DNA of 64,000 bases from Raillietiella orientalis (lineage: Eukaryota): assembly GCA_036172245.1 (NCBI GenBank), contig JAYWIR010000003.1, forward strand, positions 3,720,001 through 3,784,000, written 5' to 3'. The notes below the pieces were generated by a model that ran no database searches, was not told where the DNA came from, and was given only the letters and a program-made list of their open reading frames with translations. The stretch's first letter is position 1; each line of letters begins with the position of its first letter. Position numbers and translations under genes: made by a program. This document shows positions 24,390 to 37,376 of this stretch, piece after piece.

Positions 24390-25500
24390 ACTAGAACGAT
24401 GGAAATCCTTTCGGGTTCTTCTGTTTTCACTGTTTTCCTTCAGGTTTTCTTTGCTCTTTGTCTTCGCAAAGAGCCGAAGAACCGTTCGCCTCCTTAGGAG
24501 AGGGAAACTCACAAAGCTGTTTAGCGTTGTCCACGTCATTCGAGGGTGAGTGCAACTCTTCATGTTAAGGGGCATCTCAGAGGGACCACCCTATGAATCC
24601 TGGAAGGCTCCGGAAGAAAAAGTCAATTCCTCTTGCTCTTGGTAGAGAACCACGAAGGGAACCCTCTACCTTGGTTGTCTCCGGAGGGAACACGCAAGGG
24701 AACAGCTCCTTGTTACTCTCCTGAAGAGAACTCCGAAGGGACGCTTCCCAATTTCTCTGGAGAGCGCTCCCTGGAGGGAGCAGAGCGCTTCTTACACTCT
24801 GGAGAGGCTACTCCCCCAGGAAGGTATCAACCACCTCCATGGTAATGGCTTCATTGGCATTGATAGGGGAAGGATCCCCGAAGAGAACGTTTCCTTGATT
24901 TCTGGAAGGACCCCGGATGGTCATCCACTTCCAATTCCGGCCAGTCAAGGCCCTCCCGCTGCAGACAGACAGATTGAGCATTCGGGAGACGCACGAGACC
25001 GGAGCACCGTGGAGTCTGAGAGCGCCCTGGCGCCGTGCAAGAATCCCCTTTGGCTGCTTGGACGGTGGTGACCTTCTTCCTGAGACTTAGTGCTCTCCCG
25101 GGCAATTGAGGATGCTCCAACCCCCGCTGCCTCGATCCGAAGGGCTGCCGGAAAGCTGGAAAGTGAGAGCAGAGCGGATTCCATGTAGGTCCCGCGACTG
25201 CTTGATCCCGAGCAGCCTCCGGCTTGACCGCTTGCAGTCAGCCGAGGTGGGCCCCTCCCGGCCGTCGGGTGTGCGCCGGAGGGAGGAAAACGCCCCTCGA
25301 CTCACCGCCGACGCGTTGAAGGTGCTCCACGCTGCGAGTGGAAGAACCGCCCTGGCTCTGCTTCCCTGTCCCGCCTGAATTCGGAACCGGCACCCATGAC
25401 CCAGCCAGACTGACCTGGTCTCGAGCCGGAAGGCTTGTCGAGGGATCGGGGTGCCTCTCCCTGAGCCTCCTCGTGCGTTTAAGGCACCTCGTCCGGACGA
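24390..25500 (+). mobile_element. L1/Tx1-like LINE 5' fragment (MNPGR family), possibly followed by an endonuclease relic
   Basis: ttcgggttcttctgttttcact 5' end shared with 61260(-), ATG at 24593, clear homology to about 24950. The downstream part is only weakly assignable. Confidence 0.65.
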
Positions 25501-28114
25501 AGGGGTCGAACCGATGGAGCAACTTGACATCCGGTGGTGGCTTTTCAGGAGCCCTCTGTCGGAGGGAAAAGGGGGCAGGAGAAGAACTTAGAGCAGAGAG
25601 GGCAGTGAATGTCTTCGGGGATCGGAAGGAACTCCCCGTGCCCCGGACACCAGAACAACGGATGAATCTCAGCTGGAGGTGGTGCGGGAGGAAGGAGAAG
25701 GAAGGGAAATCCTAACCGTTCGCAAGGACTCTGACCGCTGCGCTCCTCATCTCTTTTTTCTTTCTTTCTTTGTTTTCCGGCTTCGGTCCCCTCCAAAATT
25801 TAGGTGGCACGGCGGGTGGCGCGCGCGGGAACGGGAGAAGGGAAGGGGTTGATGACGCCTTCGGTGGACCAGCCTTTTTTCCGGTGCGCCCGCCTCCCGC
25901 GCATCCGACCCTTCGGCGCGCGCGATTTCCCCCTCCTGGAGCGCTGCAGTCGATTGCGGAAGGGCATCGAGTGCGATCAAAAGTCGATCCGGAAAAGAAC
26001 TCAACCCAGAAGGATCAAAAGAGATGCGGTATCGGCTCCACTTCCTAATTCGCATCCAGGAAGACCGCGCGGCACCCGCCGTAGGCGGCGACCAACCTTC
26101 TGGGACCGAGGAACCGGCCCGCTAGAGGGTCGAATCTTTCGAACGGAGAGAGGAAAGATGCATGAGGTCACCAGCGAGAAAGGATGGAATCCAGGCCGAT
26201 GGAAGAGGGACCTTGGGGAGGATTCCGAAGCCCTCTTTCCGGGTGGTGGAAGATTCCTTCCGCCGCTCCCAGACAGCTTCCTAGGAGTCGGCGGCAGAAG
26301 AGGGAGGCGATCTGCTCCGGAGTTGACGACGCCCACAGCGCTAAGGATCGGAAACTGCACGAGCACTAAGCGTTCTCTGGAAATCCGACCGTTATCTCAT
26401 CTGGATCAGTCGAGATGATGAATCGGCGTCATTTTTCATCCTGCTCCCGTTCGACAACAGCTGATTCCAAGAAATAGGATTCCGGCGACGGACTTGGAGG
26501 CCGCACCTTCAAATGACAGCCGCCGACTTCTCGAGCGCGGACGTATCCCCATCCCTTTTCCTCTTTCAGCATCCATCCTTCCGAAGCAGGCCAAAGGGAG
26601 TCGAATGTCATCCCGCTTGCCCTTGCCGCTTCATCATGGCGTCGTTAATGGGGCAGCTACAGAGACCGCTTCATAGAGGGACGCTTCCTCGAGAGCTCTT
26701 CGCCTTCCTCTGCTCTCCCCTCAGGAGGAAGGACCGGAGACTGCTTCCGGGACGTGAAATCGAAACCTCTCATGGTCAGGGGAGCGCGCATCACGCCACG
26801 ATTGTCCCCGCTATCGGGATCTTCCTTCTCGCCTTTGGGATCGTTCCTTTCCAGCCTGCTTCCTGTTCCCTTAATCGCAAGATTTTCTGCTTTGCAGGCG
26901 ATGGCGCGCTGGAAGAGCTCTTCCGTCATCGGTTGGATGCCTCTGAGATCGAAGATCCTGAGCCGGGAGGTACAACGACCCTTCAGGAGGATCTCGCCTA
27001 AACGGGAGTCTCCAGAGCGGACGCCCTAGGACGAATAGGGCGGCGAGCCGAAAAGAGAAAGGCAGAGGAGGAATAACGTGAGTGCAGGAAGCGGTGTGGG
27101 ATGAGGATACACGGGAGCGCATGGGGAGATTGGGAATCTCGTCGCCGGAGCAGGCAACCATCCACCAAGTTACAAGAAAAACGGAATTTGATCGTCAAGG
27201 AAACGCGCTCGCGGACACCGCAGTCTGCGACAGTTTCTCCATCCGATTTTTGTTTGCTCGTGGATCCAAGCTTCCTTTCGTCACGTGAAACGATTCCCCT
27301 CTTCCTCTCCCCTCCTCCTTTAAACGACAGGAATGAATTCCTGCGTACGACCGGAAAGAAGAAGGAGGAAGAGAGATCAAGAAGAGCTCATCTTCGAGCG
27401 AGCGCCAAAGTTGTGAAGTTTTCCGTTTTACGGCTCCTAACGTTGAACTACATGGTTGCAAATTTCAATTTCCTTGTTCTACACTGAATACACAGACGGC
27501 TCGGCGCGAGTGCGAGCCATCATAAAACACTTACCCTGATGACATGGGTCCGATGAATCTGGCGGAGTCGCCGAGTTGCGAGCGGCGCTTCCACCAGCAC
27601 TCCCGAATGGACAAATCGGCAGGCGCACCCTTCATCGAATGTGAGTCCGGCCCTACTGGGTGCGGCCTCCAACAATGCACGCGCCTAAGGTCGGGGATCT
27701 ATTAATAGCTCGTAGGTGCGAGCATTTGTCGTCAATGGTGATGATACTTTACACTCGTTATTCTTGGACTTCGTAGGAGCGCTAGGGAGACCGTCTCCAG
27801 CTCTGCTTTTGTTTCCTTAACAACGACCGCGTATCATTCTGAGAATCTGCGTAGGAGAATGCCGTCCCTGAAGACAACCAGATGATCCCTCGATATTGGG
27901 AAGAAAATGGAGCTGAGCTGAACTGGACCTCATGTAAGAAATACAGTTTCGCTTGGTTCAATCGATTCATTTCCTGGAACGTTTCTCATCTATCAACTAA
28001 TGAGCTCCATTTCATCTTCAGCATGCCATTCCCAGGGAACGAGGTTTTTACTCACGGCAGATGTGAACGGAATTCCGCAGAGTTTGCTTTGTTATAAAAG
28101 CGCACCGTAGTAAA

Positions 28115-28136
28115 AACACACACACACACACACACA
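28115..28136. repeat. (CA)n microsatellite
   Basis: Uninterrupted ac run. Confidence 0.9.
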
Positions 28137-28824
28137 AGCAAAGCACAAGATTTCACCCTTTCAGCATCATCGGAGAGCTCACTTTCGATGCTGTGGCACC
28201 CAATAAACCCACTGTTGCGCAACGCGGTCTCCAGGAAAATTATTCGCAGCATATTAACGAAACATATTCGTGGAGTAGGGTTTCTCTACTTGGGAGCTTA
28301 GGAATAAAAAAAAAACTTAGTCTTTCACGGGGAGATGGGGGAAACCCATTTTCCGCCGCGCTCAGGGCAGTTTCAGTTACATGAATCTGTGGATACGATC
28401 TGCAACCCGCTGCCATAGCGACCAAGATCATGAGAGCGGATACTGCTGGAAGAATCCTTGTGCCGCCAGCATGAAGGAAGATTTCAGATGCTCGGAGGAT
28501 CTGAAGCTTTCGATTGAACCCAGATTTCTTTAGATCGACTCGCCGAGGGAGACCCCATCTCCCGATCACACGGTTACTCCTCCATCAAGAGATGAGAAGG
28601 CGGAATCCATTCTCACTCCAGTCTGGGATACCATAACCAATCCACTTTCACGATTGAGGAGGAAATTCGATTCCTTCTCGCAGTTTTCTTCTCGTTCGAT
28701 GCCTACGTGAGTCAGGTGGGTGAGGGAGGAGATGAATGAAGTTTATTCCTGCCTTCGGGCGCTTCGGACGTCGTTTGCGCCTTTTCCTACTTTCCTTTCC
28801 ACTAGCGCACCACAGAGTTTGCAT

Positions 28825-28890
28825 GACTATTGTTGGCATCTATATATAGTCGACCATTGTTGGCATCTATATATAGTCGACCATTGTTGG
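28825..28890. repeat. 27-bp tandem repeat, about 2.4 copies
   Basis: Unit gaccattgttggcatctatatatagtc. Confidence 0.9.
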
Positions 28891-31800
28891 TATATGTATG
28901 TAAATAGCGAACGTATCACCAAATGGACGCTCCTGCTGGTGGGCTGGCCATATAAACGTTGAGTTTGAAGGAAGAGAGTCGTCGTCCGTACCTCACCGAG
29001 AAACACAGGCAGATTCTGCTGCCTGACTTTTCACTCTCAAAGCGGAGGACGAGAGCAGACGAAAAGGAGCGTCTTGAAACGCAAAGAGCAGGGGAAGAGG
29101 CGAGAGCCGTAATCGTCGAGGCGGCACACAGAAACCCGCCTGTGGTGAGGAAAGCCACGAGGGCCACGTGCCTCACGCAGCAGGAAAAAGAAGATTCAAC
29201 AGACTTTGCCGAGTCGGAAAGCGACACAAAAAACCTGCTGGGACGAGACGGTGGACTCCTCCCAGGCAGGAAAAGACGAAGAAGAAGAAGAAAGCCTACC
29301 TCCTGTCGACCACGTCAGAAAACAGGGGCTTGCAGCTGGGGAAGGATCCCCACCCAGACGTACAACAGTGTCTTTCTCCCTTCACAGTGTAAGGACAAAA
29401 AGACGAAAGACCGTCAGTGAAAGGCGAAATGCCTCAAGTGTTGCCATAGGCAAAAAGTAGAAGTGAATTGAGTCTTGTTCGTAAAGGGCTGCTAAGTAAA
29501 AAATCGTCTGGTCAATGCCCAATGCTTGTCGGACCTGGAGAAAACTGTTCTGGGCTCGGAAATGGGTGCATTCCGTTTTCGCGAAGATTCCAGAATTGCC
29601 GTTGGGAATTTGGCGCTGCAAGCGTTCCATCATACCATGAACGGGCGACCATGCAGAGGAGCCAACTGGCGCTGTTGCCTGTGGTTTGCGCTCAAAGTGC
29701 GAGGAGGCTTTCCGAATCGCTCGATGCAAAAAACTGCTGATCTTCCGAGCATTGTCCGGGGTGCTCGCGGTAATTCCTGGCACTTCGATGCCCTCTCTCA
29801 GATGACCTTCTTGTTGGCGCCGACTTGCGGGAGAAGTAGGAAGAACAAGGGGGAGTGGAACCGTGTCCCTCACCTCGGAGAGCTGTTCTCAAGAGGGGGT
29901 CAGGAAGCCTTGGGTGGTGAGCTTCCTTTCTGAGGAAGAACTCCACGGAACACCAACTTCTCCCCACATATCCCAGCTTTTTTTGTTGCTGGTCGCAGCT
30001 TTCTGGAATGGCAATTGACCGTTCTTCGGATTGTTTTTGCGTCAGTCATGAGAATCTTGTGCGGCAAGGAGGAGCAGACGTTTTCTGTTTCGGATCCTCC
30101 CACCGGCTTTCTGAAAGACTCTCAGCCTCATTCCTTAGTCTGCCCTCCCAAACACTTCTCATAAATAGCCTGGTTGAATCACTTTTCCGTTCCCATCGTT
30201 TCACATCTTCTCCACAAGAGGGAACTCTCTCCCCTCTTCCCCCCCTCCTCCCGACGCGGACCTTGGTTCCTTAAGGACTTCCAGGGAACCTCAGGGAACA
30301 GAGACCTCTAGATGTGAGGATCCCAAGGGAAGGTATCAAGCTGGTACTACGAATTCTATCAGCAGAGAGTGCCCGCTCATTATGCTCCCTGCAGCCGAGG
30401 TGATGACTATCCTGAGAGATGGAGGTGGCACGCACGAATGGCGCCTGCAAATTCGATCCGTCTCAAGAATGAAGGAGAATTTCCCCAAAGCGCGAAAGAG
30501 CTCGTGACCCGAGCTGTCTAACTTGCCCGAGCACTTGATCTCCCTTACAAAGAACGGATGAATCCTTCGAACCGGAAGGAAATCCTGAGGTCGACCGCCA
30601 TGACGAGACGAGAAGGAAACCCCGACCATCCTGCACAAACTCTAGATCAGCGCCATCTCGATGGAGGACTCGAAACTTCCTGTTCAAGTTTTCTCGAAGT
30701 ATGCGGGACTGCTCCATCGTCGTCGTTACTTTCTTCCTTTGTACCGGACCCATCTCTTGAATCGCAGAGCTGGAGAATTCGAGATAGCCTTCCTGCCACA
30801 AACTTGAGAAAAAGGAGGGAGATGGTGCAAGTCTTCGACAGTTTTCAGGACTCGGTTTCTACGCAGCTCCCGTCTCCCGTGGTTGCGGAAGCCAAACAGG
30901 GGGAGGCAGAGAGTAGCAACCCATGAGCGCGTATTGCCGAGAAAGGAGGAGCACCTTTTCATTATCCCTCGGGTGTCACGGAGCTTCTCGTTCCTAAACG
31001 AGCTTTTAAAACGACAACGACCCATCCTTCGTTTACGACAGGATTCAAAGCAGATGCATTTTACCATCTAGCGTGCAGCTGCTTTACTATTGGTCATTTC
31101 ACTTCCCTCCGATAGGCGGCTGCACGCAACACGCATCGGGAAACAAGGCTATTTGTTGGAATCGTTTGCGCACCAGAGATTACGCTGCGCATGCGGAGAA
31201 CCGCTGGAGCTGTACATCTTCGAAGTGGGCGATGCACTTTTTGCACAGCGTCCGCGACGTCTTTCTCATCGGCACATTCCCCTCATGACGTGTCTCGGCT
31301 TCCTCCAAGGGGAAGGGCCTCGCACGCCTCTTTCCCCGACGCCAAGACAGGAAGCGCCTGCCTGTTCCCCGCTCGCCGTCCCTCCCTCCTCTCCCTCGTC
31401 CCGCTTATTCTGCTTTTCTTCCCTGCCGATTTCCTAAGCGGCCATTACTGCTAACCTCTTCGACTCATTTTATTCCCGAAGGTCATCAGCATCATAATGG
31501 TCTTTTAACGGTGACGCAGGAAGGAGCTCTTATTCCCTGCTGAGTAGGGAGGAGGAATTTTCCCGTCGGGACAGTTTCCGCTCCCCGAAAGGAAGGAGTC
31601 TCTCAGGATACCTCGGGGGTCCCTTGCATTCCGGATGTTTCCGGTTGTGACGGCCACGGAGCTGCGGGCCGTCCGCTCCTTCCAGACGAGAGCGTTCCTC
31701 CGAGATTCTCGCTCTCCCCCGGAATCCCACCTGAAGTTTCGGGAGAGGTCGGCTCCCTTCTCCCGAGGGTCTTGTCTCGACGGGAAGGAAATTCCTGCGA

Positions 31801-32204
31801 TCAGTGGACGCTGCACGGATGCATCATTTTCCAGGAGCAGAGCCAGCCTTGGCCAAGAGCGGGACGGTTGATGGGAAGCGCCAGGAACCCGGGAGCTGGA
31901 GGGAATGACGCAGCACAAAAGGGGAACTCCGCCCATGCACCCGTTCGCCGTCTGCAAGCATCGGAACGGTCGCACGAGCGCACCCGCACCAGAAGAGAGG
32001 ACAAAGCGGTGGATGCGGATATCCAGCATCCGGGACTCCTATTTCCATCCACTGTGCGCCTGGCTGCCGTCGTGCGGAGGAGAAAAAGAACTGCCCTGCC
32101 AGTGTCACGGTCTTCCTGTCCATCTGCTTTGCCGGAACGGGCCGGTCCTCTCGCTTGCCCTCGCCTGCTTCCTTGCGCATACAGAAGGGAAGAGTGAGTA
32201 CAGA

Positions 32205-32430
32205 GGCGACGAAGGAGGAAGCAGGGAGGAGGAGGAAGAGGAAGAGAGAAGGACGTAGGAGGGGGAGGAGGGAGAAGACGTGAAAGAGGAAGGGAGGAGG
32301 AGAAAGGGAAAAAGAAGGGAGGAAAGGAAGAGAAGGGAGAAGAGAGGAGGATGGAGGAGGGGGAGGAAGAGGAAGGAAGGAAGAAGATAGAAGGAGGAAG
32401 AAGAAGGGAGGAAGAAGGAAGGAGGAGGAC
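32205..32430. repeat. Purine-rich (GA) low-complexity tract
   Basis: Almost exclusively G/A, with gga/gaa iterations. Confidence 0.9.
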
Positions 32431-32649
32431 AGTGGAAAAACGATCCTGTCCGCCCGCTCAAGAATACTCTGTCCTCGTGTGCTCCTTGGCCGATTCTCCC
32501 TCGGCGGTGCGCACTCATCTGGTTCCTGCCCCTGGGAACCGAAGAGGGGCGAGGTGGCCCGTTCCAGAAGACAAAGCTGGCTATTAGGCGGATCCGCTTC
32601 CGAGTTTCAAGGCAGCGAGAGGAAGGGGCGGTTTTCCTGCTCGAGTGAG

Positions 32650-33900
32650 CCGGCGTCCGGAGGGGTCTTAAGCAGGAGGTGGGCGACGTTGGCAGCCCGA
32701 GGGCGGATTGTGCCTGGGACAACCTGAGCTCTCCGGATAGCAGGACCCGCGTGACGCCGTGGAATTCGGAGGTTGCGCACGTGCACGTTTCGCCGCCGTA
32801 TCTCGCGCGAGGCTTCCGCGCAAGGAGCGCGAAGGGGAGAGGAGGATGGACGCATCCCCGAGCGGGGAGAGAGTTGCCCTCGGGCGTCCTTTCCCGTTTC
32901 CCCGGAGGGGGTCAGCTTGCGTCTGAGCTCCTGAAGGGTTGATGGGCAAAATAGGCCCGTGCAGACTGGCAAAGGGCAGCTGCCTTCCGAGGCGAGACGG
33001 GTCCGCGCGCATCTCTCCACGTCCCGAAGCGGCCGGCACCCCTCGCAAACGTCTGACCCCGAGCCTCGGGGCACCGCAACGCAAAGCGAAGCTCTGGGGC
33101 CTCCGATCCTGCAGTACCCTCTCTTGCGAGTGTCCCGTGAGGGAAGCAGTGGGTCGGCTCTTGGAGCGCGTGAGAGGATCCGCCGGCCTACCCCTGAAGT
33201 GGAACGTCGGGTCGCCAGGACACAACTCCGTTCCGGCGGCCTCCTCCTGCCGGAGCGGTGCGCTGCTCATCGGGTCCTTTGCACGGTACCGGTTGCTATG
33301 GACAACACAGGGTCGGGAACAACCGTGTGAGTCCACGGAGGAGAGAGGGGGGCAGAGGCTGGCACTCCCGGGCAACCGGTCCTGAAGGCGGGAGGCGCTC
33401 AGGAGTCGAGACCGCACCTGGCCCGCCCTCCGGAACAGATCCGGTCCAAAGATGTGGAGGAAGGGGCTCCATGGAAGCGGCCTTTAAGCAGGGCCCGGTC
33501 GATCTTCTAAGTCAGTTCCTGGAGGAACTGGCACGCAGTAGCATTCCAAGGTCTCGCCTGCACTCGCAGGTGCGCGGCGACGTCAAGGTCATCCCTCCTT
33601 GGTCGAGGAAGAGTTCCTGAAGATCGGAAGCCGCCGGCGCAGGTGGAGCGCGCCTGAGAGGGTAGACTCCCCGGGCTAATAGAGCGGTCGCCGTGCGGGC
33701 GGCAGCAGGAAGCGAATCTCCCTCGCCTCCCGTGCCAGCCGGCGGTCTGGAAGAGTGACTGACGTCCCTGCGGTGGCGTTCCGGCTCTCATGAAACGCAC
33801 CCGAGGGGCGTGGACCCAGAGCTTCGCCCGCGGGGCGGACTTTCGGCGCGGCATTTCCCTATCGACGTCCGCCTGCTCGCGGCGAATGTCACCGGGTGTC
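32650..33900 (-). mobile_element. Highly degenerate non-LTR reverse transcriptase-like relic
   Basis: Minus-strand pieces in the expected order resemble RT motifs: KIDRALLKGRF, PLRQEEAA, GKGRPRATLSPL, RYGGE (YADD-like). All are degraded and frameshifted. Confidence 0.3.
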
Positions 33901-34914
33901 GCAGGGGAGCGGCCGATGGTATGCTTCTGGCTGCGGGAGGGGGTGAAGGGGAGTCGGATCGCAGGCTGCAGAAGACGCGGAGCAGAGAGCCCTGTCCACA
34001 CGTGCCTGTTTTTATTTATCGATTTATTTGCTGCCCCCTCTTCGCGGCTTCGGTCTTTCCGGGCAGTCGACCTACGGGTCCTCCTTTCTGGAGTCCTGGA
34101 TAAACGCAGGAACCCTCTTCCCTCTTGTGCATGTTGACTTTCAAAATCAACGTCCCCGTAGGGTCTCCTCGTTCGGGATTCCCGGGCCACTTATTTAAAA
34201 TAAATAAAGAAATAAACAAAATTCGTGCGGTAAGGAAGGGGTTGACACGGGCCGACCCAGGACGAAAAGGCGGGGCGGCTAGGGATCGACCCAGGGGTGA
34301 GGGGAGGGAGAGGAGGGAAGGCCAATAAGCAAGTAGGATTGGAAGTGGGGTGCACCGACTCTGTGCCGGTGGATGCGATACCTCGATGGCTTGCGTCGGA
34401 AAGGGACAGAAGAGAAGGGATGAAGCCGACCGTCTTTGGTTTCGAGCCACTTTGGCCACTGTTCATCCCGAGAAATCCGCGCACCTCGCACGCTTCGTCG
34501 GGGCATTTCGACTCCCCTTCGCATGAAGGGTGGGGAGAGAATGCCAGAGGCACTACTGGACGGCATCTGGACGCTTCGCCCGCTCGGGCGGTCACTGCTG
34601 CTCACCTGGGGCGGAGAATCACCACATGGGATGTAAATGGAAGGCACGGAGCCCACGGGACAGCGCCAGGACGGGTGCTGCGTCCCTGCCGTAGCCTGCC
34701 TCATCCCAAGAGCGAGCAAGGAAGGAGCAAGCAAGGATGCTCTTGCCCCCCCGAGAAGTGGAAGCCCGCTGCCGAGAAAGGGGTCCGTGGAAGGCTGCAT
34801 CTTCTCCACGCGGGTGGACCGAACCTTCTCCTTCGGGCAGAACGAGACAGTGGTGGGTCCCAGGTGAGGGACTGGTCCATGCTGGGATGCGCAATCCCAC
34901 CATGCTCGAATCTA

Positions 34915-35440
34915 CAGGCAACCTACCGGGTTGCCGGTGCGCAGACCGGCGAGGTCCACCTCGACAGCGGAGAAAGGAAGGGGGGGTAAGAAAAACAAAA
35001 AGAAAAATAAGAATTAAATAAAGAATAAATAAAGACATTCTGGAGGGCCAGGAAGGGACCAAGGTCCTCAGGAGGGAGTCCTCTGCATCCTGGAAAGGAT
35101 GCAGAAGCACGTTCCACCTGCACAGCACCCCCAGGGGGAAGAGGCCATCTGACTTCCATCCGCAGAGAGCCAACTGCAATCTGGACGGTGTCCCTCCCGT
35201 CCCGTCCTCTGTTGGCCTCGTTCCAGGTCGCCACGATCGCGCGGATGCAGCGAAGGGCTGCTAAGCCTGCAGCTGGCTCACGAAGAGGAGTCTCGAAGCG
35301 CCCCTGGGATTGCCAGCCGGGGTCCTCAGGGTCGCCTCCATACGTTCCCACAGGGGTCGGGAGGCGACAGAGGCCACAGGCAGGTGCACGAGGGGAGATT
35401 CGCATTCCTTGCACCTGACAGTCCAGGCTGGCACTCCCCA
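34915..35440 (-). mobile_element. L1/Tx1-like LINE 3' fragment, diverged
   Basis: Minus strand RCKECESPLVHL...RPLWERM and LRCIRAIVATWNEANRGRDGRD match LCCLRGIVAAWSNARGGYNDRND (18550) and FCLRGILVV.NGRRRGRNDRD (62170). Same 3' hairpin at 34921-34970. Confidence 0.68.
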
Positions 35441-35779
35441 GTATCTGGTGGTGCCGGTGGTAGTCGCAGGAAAGACCTCAGTGCGACAGCCGGAGTGCCG
35501 ACCCCTGCCACTTCAGGGGAGGGGGATGCCGCTATCCGCAAACACCTGGAACTACTCCAGGTCTTCAAAGAGAACACCGAGCAGCCCGCTCCAGCAGCTG
35601 TAGCCCTCGCGGAAGGACATTCGGAGTCGCAGCGTCCATCAGCTGCCCCGTGGTCCAATCACTCATCATCTTCCTCGTGTCTGCGATCTCGGAGGGGACT
35701 CCCACCTTGCCAGTAGGCTGCTGCCATTCTTTTCCCTCAGGGAGGGCAGCGCTGCGGCAAGGGGACGTACTTGAAACGT

Positions 35780-36460
35780 CCCTTGATTTCTAGAAGGACC
35801 CCGGAGGATTAACTTCCAAATGCAGGTCAGTCAATAGGAATTCCCGGCTTCCACAGGTGCCGCGGAACCCGAAGTCTACAGGCCAGACAGCATCATTTGC
35901 GGGGGAAACTCAAAACTCACGACGCACACCCATTTCTCGAGTCGATCTTCCACGTAGAGAGTCGAACACGCAACGCTCAATGCCATGTGCAGAGACCGCC
36001 GCCACACGGCCGCCAGCGGGTCGTGTGGCAATGTGTGCAGTTTCCGGCGCCTTCCTTCTCCGCGACTGTATGATCGGAGAGCGGACTGATGCTGGGGGAT
36101 GAACCAAACACTTGGTTACCGCACTCCATGTGACGCTTATCAGATCCCATGAAAGATCTCGGCTGCTGCGGGCAGCAGGACGCTGACCTGGCATCCGCTG
36201 AGGAGTGTGCAGTGCGCCTCACCTGGAGAAAGTGACTGACTTCGAGAAATGGACGATACTCGGGCTTCAAGCCCATACCCGACTACCTCCAGGGTTCTCC
36301 GTCCTCACAGGACAAACGGGTGCTTCGGCTTCCGGAGAGGAGAGAGTCGCGACGGTGCGCTTGGGGGGGGGGGGGGTTTCTAGGTGCAACTGGATCCAGA
36401 AAATCCAACTGCGCCGAGGTTCCATGCGGGAGCTTGCACAGAGCCGCTGCTAGCGCAGTT
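35780..36460 (+). mobile_element. L1/Tx1-like LINE ORF1 fragment
   Basis: gaaggaccccgga...acttccaa and aggccagacagcatcatt...aactcacgacgcacacccattt align with 20700-20850 and 60440-60600(-). Knuckle relic GATGSRKSNCAEVPCG near 36380-36430. Confidence 0.6.
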
Positions 36461-37376
36461 CTGACGACGACAACAAACGCTCCCGCAAGATCCTGGAGAT
36501 GCGATCCGCAGAAGAGTTCAGCCTTTGAGCACGGTTTGGTCAACCCCGAGTCCTCCGAGGAGTCCGACGATCGGCAATCCAGAGACCCCCCCGCTCCCCG
36601 AACAACCCTTAACGGCTGAGGTTTCCGAGCCAGAAACCCTCCGAGCCTCCACCACAATCTCCGTCCCTCTTCACAGGTTCCCAGCTGGATCGCAGCTTCA
36701 CGTATCCCCGCTTTCCACTTTCCGAACTAGAGCAGTCCTTCGTCTTTCCAAGAACTCTTCCTTCGGCATCCCATTTTTTTTTCCTCTTTCAAAATGTGTG
36801 GGTTACAAAGTTGACCCCCTGTCATGCCGAACCTTGACACAGGCACTCTCTCCCTTTGAAGCTTCCCTTCACACGTTGCCCTCCTCGCTCGAAGACCAGC
36901 CAGCAGGCTGAGGTCTTCCGGAAGATGAAAATCGACAATCGCAGACTGTCAGATGGTTTGATCGCAACGAAGGTCTTTTTACACTCCTGCTGGCAGCGGG
37001 CAGTGCTTCGGCTTGGTTTCGTCGAATGAAACTCCGAATGACTCGTTTTTACATTTCGCGAAGAACCTCTTCAGTCTGCATACACTGAACGCTGGAGGAA
37101 CGTTCACACATTTCCATGTCTCTGCCGTCTGCAGTAAGGAGCGGGGAAAGATAAATCCAGCGGGAATACGTTTCATTTCGAAAGGAAGAAAAAGAAAAAC
37201 AAAAAAGGGGAAGGAGGGGAGGGGGAGGGGTGGAAGAGGGAGAGATGAATAGAATGAAACGGAATTCCGCGAAAAGTCCTGGTTACTCCGCAGAGAAATT
37301 TGATGTCAAGTTCGAGAAACAACCAGGCATCGAGCGACGCAGAACGCGTTCTCTCCGTCGCAGCGTGCTTTCGCGT

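Noticed and set aside
28825..28890. CRISPR-like array
   Set aside because: Units are contiguous with no unique spacers, the context is eukaryotic and no cas genes are present.
26390..31450. Several exon-like segments with splice signals (for example 26898-26969, 27855-27932, 30310-30700)
   Set aside because: Could not be joined into a consistent frame or family; internal stops present.
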